Positions 1-7,745 of a DNA stretch of 26,461 bases are shown one piece after another (positions within the stretch are counted from its first letter, which is position 1; each line of letters begins with the position of its first letter). The stretch is from an uncultured Victivallales bacterium. GTDB lineage: Bacteria; Verrucomicrobiota; Lentisphaeria; Victivallales; GWF2-38-69. The position numbers and the translations under genes are program-made. The notes under the pieces are model-generated. The model did no database searches, was not told the origin of the DNA, and saw nothing but the letters and a program-made list of their open reading frames with translations. The stretch is taken from the NCBI GenBank assembly GCA_964436735.1, contig CAYTFM010000100.1:1-26461 (forward strand), given 5' to 3'.

Positions 1-447
1 TTTGACGAGCGCGCAGGTGGCCTCGCGGACCTCCGAGACTGTGCCGCCGCTTTTTTGTCGCGCGTCGAACATGGCGGTGAAGCGGGCGGTCGCTTTGTCG
101 GCTCCGTTGAGTTCGACCGACACATCGACGAACCGCAGGTTGATCGAGGAGAACTGCGCCCGCGCCTGGACGGCATGTGAGGATATCTCCTGGGGCGTGT
201 AGTCGCCATTGAAAGGACACCCGGGAACCTCGAGTCCGCAGCGTTCGTCGAAAAGTCCTTCGAGGGCATGCGTCTTCGCTGCCAGCGTCACCGGCCCCTC
301 CTCGGAAGACTTCGCGATGCCCGCTGACAGGGACACCAGTTCCTTCTTGATCAACTCCTTGTCGTCGGGTTTCCGTAGGACGTACACCGCGATGACTGCG
401 GCGGCTACCAGCAGGGAAAGGAGTAGCGTGATGTGTCTGCGTGGCAT
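1..447 (-). CDS. Hypothetical membrane-anchored or secreted protein. Its N-terminus is at 447 and its C-terminus runs off the window start.
   Basis: There is an ATG at 447 on the minus strand. I read all 149 codons down to position 1 and found no in-frame stop, which is why it is absent from the ORF track. It starts MPRRHITLLLSLLVAAAVIAVYVLRKPDD, i.e. an N-terminal hydrophobic anchor or signal. A weak GAGGA lies upstream. Confidence 0.4.
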   Translation of the reverse strand, partial: MPRRHITLLLSLLVAAAVIAVYVLRKPDDKELIKKELVSLSAGIAKSSEEGPVTLAAKTHALEGLFDERCGLEVPGCPFNGDYTPQEISSHAVQARAQFSSINLRFVDVSVELNGADKATARFTAMFDARQKSGGTVSEVREATCALVK

Positions 448-800
448 GGGTCCTCAATTCTCCTGTAGTTGTGCATATATGAAGCTCAATCGAATTACGG
501 TGTTCAGTGCACTACCCTCCGTGGGATCGACCACCTCAAACGTCGCTCTGCGACGTATGCATTGTGGGATTTATTACCGTGGGTTGAAACCCACGGCTAC
601 CATCACCCAGCCGCTCCGCGGCGGAGGATGCGCTGATTGTGCCGCAGAGCGGCAGACGAAGGTAGCCGGGCGTTTTAACGCCCGGAACTGGCGGTTTAAT
701 GATTCCCGCCACGGAGTGGCGGTTGAAAGAATGCCAGTTTTTCATTCACGCAGCCGCTTTTGTGAAGTGTGCCAAGTCAGCCACCAATAACTTCTCCCCT

Positions 801-1439
801 CTACCATAGCAGCTTTCCCGCGAGACGCCGCGTCTCGGTCTGGCCGAATATCTGCGCGTCGATCGGCATCGCTCGGTTGTCGCCCACCACGTACAGGTTG
901 CCGGGATCGACCTTTCGTGGCGGGAGCTCCCAGTCCCCTCTAAGTTTGACGTACGGCTCGTCGAGTTCCCTGCCGTCGACGAGGAGCGCGCCCTGGCGGA
1001 ACTCGACCGTCTGGCCTTCGAGGGCCACGACGCGCTTGAGCATCATCACGCGTTCGCCGGCCATGCGGATGGCGACGATGTCCCCTCGGTGCGGCGCGGA
1101 GAACAGGTAGGCCGCCTTGAGAATGAAGATGAACGATCCGTCGCGGCAGGTCGGCTCCATGCTGCCGCCCCGCGCCCGCATCGGCGCGCAGACATGCCCG
1201 AAGAAGAGGTAGGCGACAAGGGCGACAAGCCCCACGCGCAGCCAGTAGCGCGGATCCCGTGGGCGTCCGACCACCCAGGCGCGCCATGCGGAGTCCGTCC
1301 GCGTCCCGCTTTGTGTTGTGCCTGGCGCGCCAATCGCCCGGACACCATCGAACGGCCCGCCTGGCATAGGGAGTGGGTGTTTGTTCCTGTTGTTGGTCAA
1401 GTTTTCGAGTTTCACATTGCCACGCCGTTGCTGCCGCAA
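801..1439 (-). CDS. lepB: Signal peptidase I (LepB family)
   Basis: The translation carries the SPase I boxes: SMEPT (catalytic Ser box B), LKRVVALEGQTV (catalytic Lys box D), and YVVGDNRAMPIDAQIFG (GDNR box E, divergent). A TM segment RYWLRVGLVALVAYLFF precedes the catalytic domain. The start may be the internal Met at 1367 (MPGGPF...). Confidence 0.8.
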   Translation of the reverse strand: MRQQRRGNVKLENLTNNRNKHPLPMPGGPFDGVRAIGAPGTTQSGTRTDSAWRAWVVGRPRDPRYWLRVGLVALVAYLFFGHVCAPMRARGGSMEPTCRDGSFIFILKAAYLFSAPHRGDIVAIRMAGERVMMLKRVVALEGQTVEFRQGALLVDGRELDEPYVKLRGDWELPPRKVDPGNLYVVGDNRAMPIDAQIFGQTETRRLAGKLLW

Positions 1440-1468
1440 ATACCGTTTTTTTCTTTGCTTACCATATC

Positions 1469-1495
1469 TTGTTATTTCCGTGGGTGATGTATACT
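1469..1495 (+). promoter_or_regulatory. Putative sigma70 promoter for the J-domain gene: TTGTTA, 15-nt spacer, TATACT
   Basis: TTGTTA at 1469-1474 and TATACT at 1490-1495 sit in an AT-rich tract (tatactatatatag) in the divergent region between lepB and the downstream plus-strand gene. Confidence 0.3.
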
Positions 1496-1532
1496 ATATA
1501 TAGTGTTCAGTTTCAAACCAGTGCGGATACCG

Positions 1533-2039
1533 ATGAGCAGACCACAGACGGCCGACTTCTCAAAGATACTGACCGAGGTCAGTATCGACAATTTCAATTT
1601 CCAAGTGACGCGGAATCCGTTTGAGATGGGATCCAGCATCCTGTGGTTCCGCGACGCCTACACCCAGCTGGGCTTCACCGCGCTCGGTAAATTTTCCGGC
1701 TTTGACAAACGCAAGGTCCTCGAATTCGTCGTCAAATACGCCACGAACGCCACGCTCCGCATGGAGATAGCGAAACGTCGGTTCGAGAAGAAGCTCAGTT
1801 CTTTGACGCTGAGCTATTTCGAACGCATCGAGTTGTTAAGCTACAAGGACCGCGAGGCGGCGTACCGCAGCCTCTTCGACCTTGAGATCGGCGCCGAGCA
1901 CGAACATGCCGACCTCTCGTCGAAACGGCGGATGATGGTGAAGCGCTTCCATCCCGACGCCGGCGGAGACCACCGCGCCATGACCCTCATCAACGAGGCG
2001 TACGACTACCTCTCCACCCGCGCCGGCGGCGCGCGCTGA
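1533..2039 (+). CDS. J-domain (DnaJ-like co-chaperone) protein with an uncharacterised N-terminal domain
   Basis: A C-terminal J-domain signature is present: KRRMMVKRFHPDAGGD...INEAYDYLS, with the HPD motif plus helix III. ATG 1533 is preferred over the ORF-track GTG at 1503, which lies inside the predicted promoter. Confidence 0.6.
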   Translation: MSRPQTADFSKILTEVSIDNFNFQVTRNPFEMGSSILWFRDAYTQLGFTALGKFSGFDKRKVLEFVVKYATNATLRMEIAKRRFEKKLSSLTLSYFERIELLSYKDREAAYRSLFDLEIGAEHEHADLSSKRRMMVKRFHPDAGGDHRAMTLINEAYDYLSTRAGGAR

Positions 2040-2077
2040 GTGAATTCAACGTGAATGATAAATAGTGAATGGTGAAT
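2040..2077 (+). repeat. Four direct GTGAAT repeats immediately after the J-domain gene stop
   Basis: Reads gtgaattcaacgtgaatgataaatagtgaatggtgaatag. GTGAAT occurs at 2040, 2051, 2065 and 2072. The last two copies form an imperfect 14-nt tandem (gtgaatgataaata / gtgaatggtgaata). Confidence 0.5.
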
Positions 2078-2333
2078 AGTTGCACCACTCACGACCCACA
2101 CCTCACGCCCTCTTAACTTGATCGTTCAGGGAAATTGTTATGTCAGGTGCGCGCGTCCCCCGCCTTGACGGAAGAGGCTCGGACAAGGCTGCGGTGTTCG
2201 AACCGAGCCCCGTGCGTAAGCGTGGGGGCAAGGCTCCGGAAGTGCGGCACTGTCGATGTTCGCGCACGGCCTACCGCTTGCGAAACGCTTGCGGACGCTG
2301 TATTTTCTTCTTAACGTATAAAGGTGGCTACAT

Positions 2334-2912
2334 ATGGATTCCGTGTTCAGCACACATTTCGCGCATACCCTGTACTGGTGCATGGCGGTGTTCGGTTCGA
2401 CGTTTCTGGTGATCCAACTGATCATGACGCTGTTCGGCTTCGGAATGGATCATGCGGATGTCGACGCGACCTCGGACGGGGTGTTAGGCCCCGACGCCCA
2501 TCATGGAGATCTCAGCGGCGTGGGGACGTTCAATCTATTCTCGGTCAGATCGCTGTTCGCGTTCGTCACCTTCTTCGGCTGGGGCGGCGTCTTCTGGGGC
2601 GACAACCTCCTGGGATTCTGCGCCTCCTTCGGTCTCGGGGTTGCGATGATGTTCGTCACGGCCTCCATCTTCTACTTCATGATGAAACTGCAGGAGAGCG
2701 GCAACATCAGATCCTGTGACATGGTCGGCAAGACGGGATCCGTCTACATGACGATTCCGGCTGGCCGCGAGAAACATGGGATCGTGACGGTCTCGATGGG
2801 CACCTGCACCCGTGAGGTGATGGCCGTCGCGGACGTCGAGCTCAAAACCGGCGTCGCCGTGAAGCTGACGTCCTGCGTCGATGGCAAACGCTATTTCGTC
2901 GAAAAGTGCTGA
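2334..2912 (+). CDS. NfeD-like (YqiJ/YuaF-type) membrane protein, the usual partner of flotillin
   Basis: Three N-terminal TM helices are followed by a C-terminal OB-fold-like segment (GKTGSVYMTIPAGREKHGIVTVSMG...VAVKLTSCVDGKRYFV). The RBS AAAGGTGG lies 7 nt upstream, and the gene sits directly upstream of an SPFH/flotillin gene, as in yqiJK/yuaFG operons. Confidence 0.6.
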   Translation: MDSVFSTHFAHTLYWCMAVFGSTFLVIQLIMTLFGFGMDHADVDATSDGVLGPDAHHGDLSGVGTFNLFSVRSLFAFVTFFGWGGVFWGDNLLGFCASFGLGVAMMFVTASIFYFMMKLQESGNIRSCDMVGKTGSVYMTIPAGREKHGIVTVSMGTCTREVMAVADVELKTGVAVKLTSCVDGKRYFVEKC

Positions 2913-3023
2913 GTTGGTTATTGCCGTAATCTCATCTACAGGATGTGAACTATTCACGCTGCGCAATCTTGCAAACAGAAGAAGTCTTGAACTCAAACAG
3001 GAAATAATCAAAGGGAGGTGTGT

Positions 3024-4625
3024 ATGGGACCGATGATTCTGGTAACCATTATGATCGTCGTCTTCATTGTCATCACGCTCATGATGGTGGTGGGGCGCTA
3101 CAAGAAATGTCCGTCGGACCGGATCATGGTGATCTACGGAAGGACGGGGGGGCAGAAGCGTGCCGCGCGCTGCATCCACGGCGGTGCGGCGTTTGTGTGG
3201 CCGGTGCTCCAGGACTACGGGTTCCTGTCATTGCGTCCCCTGCAGATCGAAGTCAGCCTGGAGAATGCGCTGAGCAAGCAGAACATCCGCATCAGCACGC
3301 CGTCAATCTTCACCGTTGGCATCAGCACGGACGAGGCGATCATGGGCAATGCGGCCGAGCGTCTGTTCGGTTTGCATCCCGACGCCATCAGCGAGCTTGC
3401 CCGCGACATTATCTTCGGTCAGTTGCGGCAGGTGATCGCCTCGATGACGATCGAGGAGATCAACGCCGACCGCGAGACCTTCTTGAACAACGTGATGAAC
3501 AACGTCGAGAGCGAGCTCAACAAGATCGGTCTCAAGCTGATCAACGTCAACGTCAAGGACATCACCGACGAAAGCGGCTACATCGCCGCTATCGGCAAGC
3601 GGGCTGCCGCCGAGGTCATCAACAAGGCCGCCGCCGAGGTCGCCGAGGAGGAGCGCAAAGGGCGCACCGGCGAGGCCGAGGCGCGGAAGGCTCAGCGCAT
3701 CTCCGTGGCGAATGCGGAAGCTCTTGCCGCGTCAGGTGAGGCGGAGGCGAAGAAGTCCCAGCGCGTCGCCGTGGCGAACGCCGACGCCGCCGCCGTCTCT
3801 GGTGAGGCCGAGGCCCAGAAATCCCAGCGCGTCGCCATCGCCAACGCCGAGGCCGAGGCCGCCTCCGGTGAGGCCGATGCCGACAAGAACAAGCGTATCG
3901 CCATCAAGCAGGCCGACGCCACCGCGGTGGGCGGCGAGAACATTTCAGCCATTGAGATCGCCAAGTCCAACGCCATCAGATCCGAGCAGGAGGCTGAGGC
4001 CTTCCGCAAAGCCGAGGCGGCCAGGCGGATCGCCGAGGCCGAGATCGAACGCGCCAAGTTCGAGGCCGAGCAGAAGGCCCAGGTCGCCCGCGCCAACATG
4101 GAGCGCGAGCGTCAGCGCGCTGAGATCATCGTCCCCGCCGAAATCAGAAAACAGCAAATCGAGATCGCCGCCGAGGCCGAGGCCGAGAAACTGCGCCGCG
4201 AGGCCCGAGGCCAGGCCGACGCCATCTATGCGAAACTGGAAGCGGAAGCCAAAGGTAATTTCAATGTCTTGAAGGCCAAGGGCGAAGGCTTCAAGGAGAT
4301 CGTCCAGGCCTGCATGAACGACTCCAACACCGCCGCCACCATGCTGCTCATCGAGAAACTCGAGTCCATCGTCGAGCTGCAGACGAAAGCCATCTCCAAT
4401 CTCAAGATCGACAAGATCACCGTCTGGGACGGCGGCAGCTCCGCCGATGGCAAGGGCGCGACCGCCAACTTCCTCAGCGGCATGGTCAAGAGCCTTCCGC
4501 CCCTGCACGAGGTCGCGGGGATGGCGGGCATCGAGCTGCCCGACTACCTCGGCAAGATGAAGTTCTGCAAGGAGAAGGATGGCGTGGCGCACGCTGCCGA
4601 GACGGAGAAGAATCATAAAGCGTAA
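3024..4625 (+). CDS. Flotillin-like SPFH-domain protein (FloT/YqiK family) with a long Ala/Glu coiled coil
   Basis: The protein has an N-terminal TM helix, an SPFH core (LQIEVSLENALSKQNIRISTPSIFTVGISTDEAIM...TIEEINADRETF) and an EA-rich repeat region. The RBS AGGGAGG lies 6 nt upstream of ATG 3024; the ORF-track start at 3018 is a GTG within that spacer. Confidence 0.8.
   Translation: MGPMILVTIMIVVFIVITLMMVVGRYKKCPSDRIMVIYGRTGGQKRAARCIHGGAAFVWPVLQDYGFLSLRPLQIEVSLENALSKQNIRISTPSIFTVGISTDEAIMGNAAERLFGLHPDAISELARDIIFGQLRQVIASMTIEEINADRETFLNNVMNNVESELNKIGLKLINVNVKDITDESGYIAAIGKRAAAEVINKAAAEVAEEERKGRTGEAEARKAQRISVANAEALAASGEAEAKKSQRVAVANADAAAVSGEAEAQKSQRVAIANAEAEAASGEADADKNKRIAIKQADATAVGGENISAIEIAKSNAIRSEQEAEAFRKAEAARRIAEAEIERAKFEAEQKAQVARANMERERQRAEIIVPAEIRKQQIEIAAEAEAEKLRREARGQADAIYAKLEAEAKGNFNVLKAKGEGFKEIVQACMNDSNTAATMLLIEKLESIVELQTKAISNLKIDKITVWDGGSSADGKGATANFLSGMVKSLPPLHEVAGMAGIELPDYLGKMKFCKEKDGVAHAAETEKNHKA
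3669..3932 (+). repeat. 4 x 66-nt in-frame tandem repeats encoding 22-aa flotillin EA repeats
   Basis: Units begin at 3669, 3735, 3801 and 3867 (ggYgaggcSgaggcS...). They encode EAEARKAQRISVANAEALAASG, EAEAKKSQRVAVANADAAAVSG, EAEAQKSQRVAIANAEAEAASG and EADADKNKRIAIKQADATAVGG. They also generate the spurious Pro/Arg-rich ORFs in the other frames (3712..4272 +, 3692..4099 -). Confidence 0.7.
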
Positions 4626-4664
4626 ACGTGAAAAGTAATTGAAATTCAATCGCCACACGGAGGT

Positions 4665-4731
4665 GGCTCCCACATTGTTGGAGCCATGAATCGCAAGAGT
4701 GGTTTAATGTGGGAGCCAGCTCCTGCTGGCG
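4665..4731 (+). terminator. Nested inverted repeats downstream of the flotillin gene; putative terminator
   Basis: A perfect 12-bp inverted repeat GGCTCCCACATT (4665-4676) pairs with AATGTGGGAGCC (4706-4717). An inner GGCTCC/GGAGCC pair is present, and a tight hairpin gccagc-tcct-gctggc follows at 4716-4731. Confidence 0.4.
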
Positions 4732-4810
4732 ATTCCTACTTTGAACGCAGTGGCGTAGCCGTTACGCGTTACGTTTCACGTTTTCACTTTCGCGGAAAGC
4801 GATTGCCTTT

Positions 4811-5542
4811 GTGCAAAGACTGCTCCATTTCAACGACCTCGAATCGATGAGCCGTCACACCGCCGCGCTGATCGTCGAGGCGGCGCATGAGGCGGTGACC
4901 GAGCGTGGTGTCTTCTCGCTGTTGCTCTCGGGCGGAAGCACGCCACGACGCCTCTACGAGCTTCTCGCGGAGGAACCGTTCAGAAGTACCATGCCGTGGA
5001 CGGAAACCAGTATCTACCAAGTGGACGAGCGGCTTGTTCCCCGCGGCCATCCTGACAGTAACTCCAAAATGCTGAATGCGACCCTTCTTTCCAAAATACC
5101 GATTCCGCAGGCGAATAGCCATCTCATGCTCGGGGAAATGGACGAAAAGGACGTAAAGGATGATAGGCTCGTTGAGGAGAGACGGAAGACGCTCGAAAAT
5201 TGGCTTGCCGGTCTTATCGATGGCCCGGGGGTGGATTTCGCCGTGATGGGGATGGGGCCGGACGGGCACACCGCCTCAATCTTTCCCGGTTCGCCACTCT
5301 TGCACGATACCGGCGGCTGTCTCGTGGCGGTGGTTCCCGCTCCCACGACCTGCGCGCCGAAGGTTCCCCGTATGACTCTGACGCTCAAGGCGTTGTCGTC
5401 CGTACGGGAGGCTGTGTTCCTTGTCGCCGGCGCGGACAAACTGCGCCTCGCTCAGGAGATCGCCGCGGGAGGACACGCCGAACTGCCCGCCGCCCGCGCG
5501 CGGTTCCAGGGCGCCCCGCTATGGATGTTGTCCAGTGCATAG
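4811..5542 (+). CDS. pgl: 6-phosphogluconolactonase
   Basis: Motifs LLSGGSTP and GMGPDGHTASIFPG are present, which mark the Pgl/DevB branch of the NagB/Pgl fold. The start is GTG. Confidence 0.75.
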   Translation: MQRLLHFNDLESMSRHTAALIVEAAHEAVTERGVFSLLLSGGSTPRRLYELLAEEPFRSTMPWTETSIYQVDERLVPRGHPDSNSKMLNATLLSKIPIPQANSHLMLGEMDEKDVKDDRLVEERRKTLENWLAGLIDGPGVDFAVMGMGPDGHTASIFPGSPLLHDTGGCLVAVVPAPTTCAPKVPRMTLTLKALSSVREAVFLVAGADKLRLAQEIAAGGHAELPAARARFQGAPLWMLSSA

Positions 5543-5556
5543 CTCTGCGGGTTCCC

Positions 5557-5608
5557 ACTATCAGACTTCCTGTTATGCTGAGCTTAGCATAACAGGAAGT
5601 CTGATAGT
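5557..5608 (+). terminator. 52-bp near-perfect palindrome with 23-bp perfect arms; intrinsic or bidirectional terminator, or a protein-binding site
   Basis: Reads ACTATCAGACTTCCTGTTATGCT-gagctt-AGCATAACAGGAAGTCTGATAGT. It begins 15 nt after the pgl stop and lies about 80 nt upstream of the regulator promoter. Confidence 0.45.
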
Positions 5609-5688
5609 ATGATCAAGATTAAGATTGTGAGTGAGCGATAATTCGCCGTACAAGCATTTTAGCCATATGGGAAAACACGTTCACCCTC

Positions 5689-5717
5689 TTGACAGGTGCT
5701 GTATCGTATCGTATAGT
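5689..5717 (+). promoter_or_regulatory. Consensus sigma70 promoter (TTGACA, 17-nt spacer, TATAGT) for the regulator-GH operon
   Basis: TTGACA lies at 5689-5694 and TATAGT at 5712-5717, with an exact 17-nt spacer. The spacer and -10 contain a GTATC GTATC GTATAGTAT direct repeat that could be an operator. The RBS GGGGAG (5731-5736) precedes ATG 5745. Confidence 0.5.
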
Positions 5718-5744
5718 ATTAATAATACCCCGGGGAGACAACGC

Positions 5745-6884
5745 ATGGCACGGAAATACCAGACGATTCTCGACCACCTGCGCCTGATGTCGCAGAGACT
5801 TTCCGATGGCGATGCTTTGCCGTCCGTGAGGGATCTCATGCGCGAGTTCCGCGTGAGCCAGGCCACCGTCGACCGCGCCATGATGTCCGCCAAGTCCGAG
5901 GGGTTCGTCGACGTCATACCCGGCGAGGGAGCTTTCGCCTCGCATGGGAAAAAGAACTGTGGCGCCAGCGGCGGACTGCGGATCATTCTCGCAATGCACG
6001 ATTATCCGTCCAGTTTCGCCGCGAAATTGGAAGAGGAATTGTCGAATGTCCTCTCTGTGGCCGGGCACACGGTGAATGTGTTTCGTTTCGCGTGGAGCAG
6101 GCGGTTGCCTGCGGCTTTCAAGCCTGGTCTCGATGACGCCATCGTCCTACTGCCTCCAGTCCAACGCATCGATCCAGCCGACATCGTCACGCTGCGGAAG
6201 ACCGGTTTGCCTGTGGTGTGTGTCGCGGCTGTTCCTGAGGGGCTTGAGATCGACGCGGTCGGCGTCGACGATGTCAAGTGTGGCGAGATGGCGGTGTCGC
6301 TCCTCATGGAACGTGGCCGTCGCAGATTATGCGTGGTTGCCGGCGAACCGATGGGGCCGCAGACGAGGGCGCGGCTTGCCGGTTTCAGTTCGGCGTGCGA
6401 GAGAGCGTCGCTGGCAAGGCCGCTCATGCTTGACGCGGGCACCAGCTATGGGGAGAGTTCTCTTCGCAAGTCCTACGAGAGCGTCTTGGCGCTTGGGGAG
6501 ACCGAGCGCGCGTTCGATGGTCTTTTTGGAGTGACTGACGCCTGCGCGCTCGGCGCAGTCCGCGCCCTGCACGAGAGAGGCGTCAATGTCCCGGGGGGGG
6601 TCTCCGTGCTTGGCTGCAACGACATTCCCGAGGCTCCCTACGTGATCCCCTCGCTCAGTTCGCTTGGCAACGATTATTCCCGCTGGGCTTCGGAAATCAC
6701 CGCGATCATCCACCGCAGGAAGTCAGGCGACACGTCTCCCGCCGCGCAAGTCAAGGTTCCCCCCATATTTCTCGAGCGCGAGTCGACGGGGGCGCTCCAG
6801 ACGCGCCGCTCCCTCAGGCGGCAACCTCGGTCTGTTTTCCCCGATGAATATAGCAAAGATAGAAAGGAGATGGCGTATGCGTGA
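5745..6884 (+). CDS. Transcriptional regulator combining a GntR-type N-terminal HTH with a LacI-type sugar-binding domain
   Basis: The N-terminus carries [22 protein letters not shown], a GntR-family winged HTH. The remainder resembles a periplasmic-binding-protein/LacI fold. The start is taken at the Met with an RBS rather than the ORF-track upstream extension (5631). Confidence 0.7.
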   Translation: MARKYQTILDHLRLMSQRLSDGDALPSVRDLMREFRVSQATVDRAMMSAKSEGFVDVIPGEGAFASHGKKNCGASGGLRIILAMHDYPSSFAAKLEEELSNVLSVAGHTVNVFRFAWSRRLPAAFKPGLDDAIVLLPPVQRIDPADIVTLRKTGLPVVCVAAVPEGLEIDAVGVDDVKCGEMAVSLLMERGRRRLCVVAGEPMGPQTRARLAGFSSACERASLARPLMLDAGTSYGESSLRKSYESVLALGETERAFDGLFGVTDACALGAVRALHERGVNVPGGVSVLGCNDIPEAPYVIPSLSSLGNDYSRWASEITAIIHRRKSGDTSPAAQVKVPPIFLERESTGALQTRRSLRRQPRSVFPDEYSKDRKEMAYA

Positions 6885-7626
6885 AAGGAATCGCAGGAAA
6901 CATGCCGGCTGTCGAATGGCGTTCACCCTCATTGAGTTGCTGGTGGTGATCGCCATTATCGCGATCCTCGCCAGTCTGTTGCTGCCAGCGCTCGCCAAGG
7001 CGAAGGACTTCGCCAAAGGGGTCACTTGCGCCAACAACCTCAAGCAACTCAATCTCGCGCAGATCCAGTATGCCGGCGACAATAACAGTTGGATGTGGAA
7101 TGTTGGGTACACCGACCCCAACTATGACAACTGGGTTGAGGCGATCAGCGGAGGCAGGCTCTATCCTCAAACGGCGTATGTTCCTCGGAACAATATCTTT
7201 GTCTGTCCGATGTACCCCACGATGAGCAACGGTTACGAGAACCAATTCCGGACATATGGCATGTACCGCGGGCGCTGGGACGGGGAGTATGCGGCGAAGG
7301 GGTATGATTTCATGAAGACTCCGAACTCCGCCTTCATCTTCTACAATATGGAAAGGATCCAGAATCCGTCGTCGTTCGTCATGCTGGCCGACACCGTCTG
7401 TCTGAACCATCCCGGGAACTCGGCCTATAGTCTCAAACCACACTGGCAGTTCAGTCCCACGCAGTATCTGGAGGATGCGGGGATACACGCCATTCACGGG
7501 AATTCGGCGAACTGCGCCTTCCCGGACGGGCATGCGTCGCCAACCACGCCAGGCGACTTGCGGCAAGGGGCCACTCAAGTGAAAGTGTATGTGAATAAAT
7601 TCTACCAGAAGGTGTCGATGCCCTGA
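6877..7626 (+). CDS. Prepilin-type N-terminal cleavage/methylation protein with an H-X9-DG domain (DUF1559-like pseudopilin)
   Basis: The leader is [26 protein letters not shown] (a class III signal) and the C-terminus carries [13 protein letters not shown], i.e. H-X9-DG. The RBS AAAGGAG lies 7 nt before ATG 6877. The gene overlaps the regulator stop by 8 nt. Confidence 0.8.
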   Translation: MRERNRRKHAGCRMAFTLIELLVVIAIIAILASLLLPALAKAKDFAKGVTCANNLKQLNLAQIQYAGDNNSWMWNVGYTDPNYDNWVEAISGGRLYPQTAYVPRNNIFVCPMYPTMSNGYENQFRTYGMYRGRWDGEYAAKGYDFMKTPNSAFIFYNMERIQNPSSFVMLADTVCLNHPGNSAYSLKPHWQFSPTQYLEDAGIHAIHGNSANCAFPDGHASPTTPGDLRQGATQVKVYVNKFYQKVSMP

Positions 7627-7745
7627 TCGCATGCGGAATCCTCTGACGGACGGGAGGCGCTCGATCCAAGACTCATGCGTGGGGCTGGTGTTGCGGTCGG
7701 ACGGCCGCTTGACTTAATCTTTGGGCTTCGAATGGAGGTTGAGCT

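Noticed and set aside
209-790. 193-aa plus-strand ORF, plus the 66-aa ORF at 2..202
   Set aside because: They overlap the minus-strand 447..1 ORF, which has a convincing hydrophobic N-terminus, and the structured intergenic region. The translation is Ser/Arg-rich with no features.
2185-2215. GGTGTTCGAACCG resembling a tRNA T-loop (GGTTCGAA)
   Set aside because: No acceptor, D or anticodon arms can be built around it. It is better explained as the loop of the GGCTCGG...CCGAGCC hairpin. No tRNA is called.
2140-2412. 90-aa Arg-rich ORF in the nfeD upstream leader
   Set aside because: It overlaps the nfeD start in another frame, has no RBS or domain, and its composition follows from the high-GC leader.
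3712-4673. Pro/Arg/Ser-rich 186-aa plus-strand ORF and 242-aa and 135-aa minus-strand ORFs
   Set aside because: They are frame artefacts of the GC-rich EA-repeat region of the flotillin gene.
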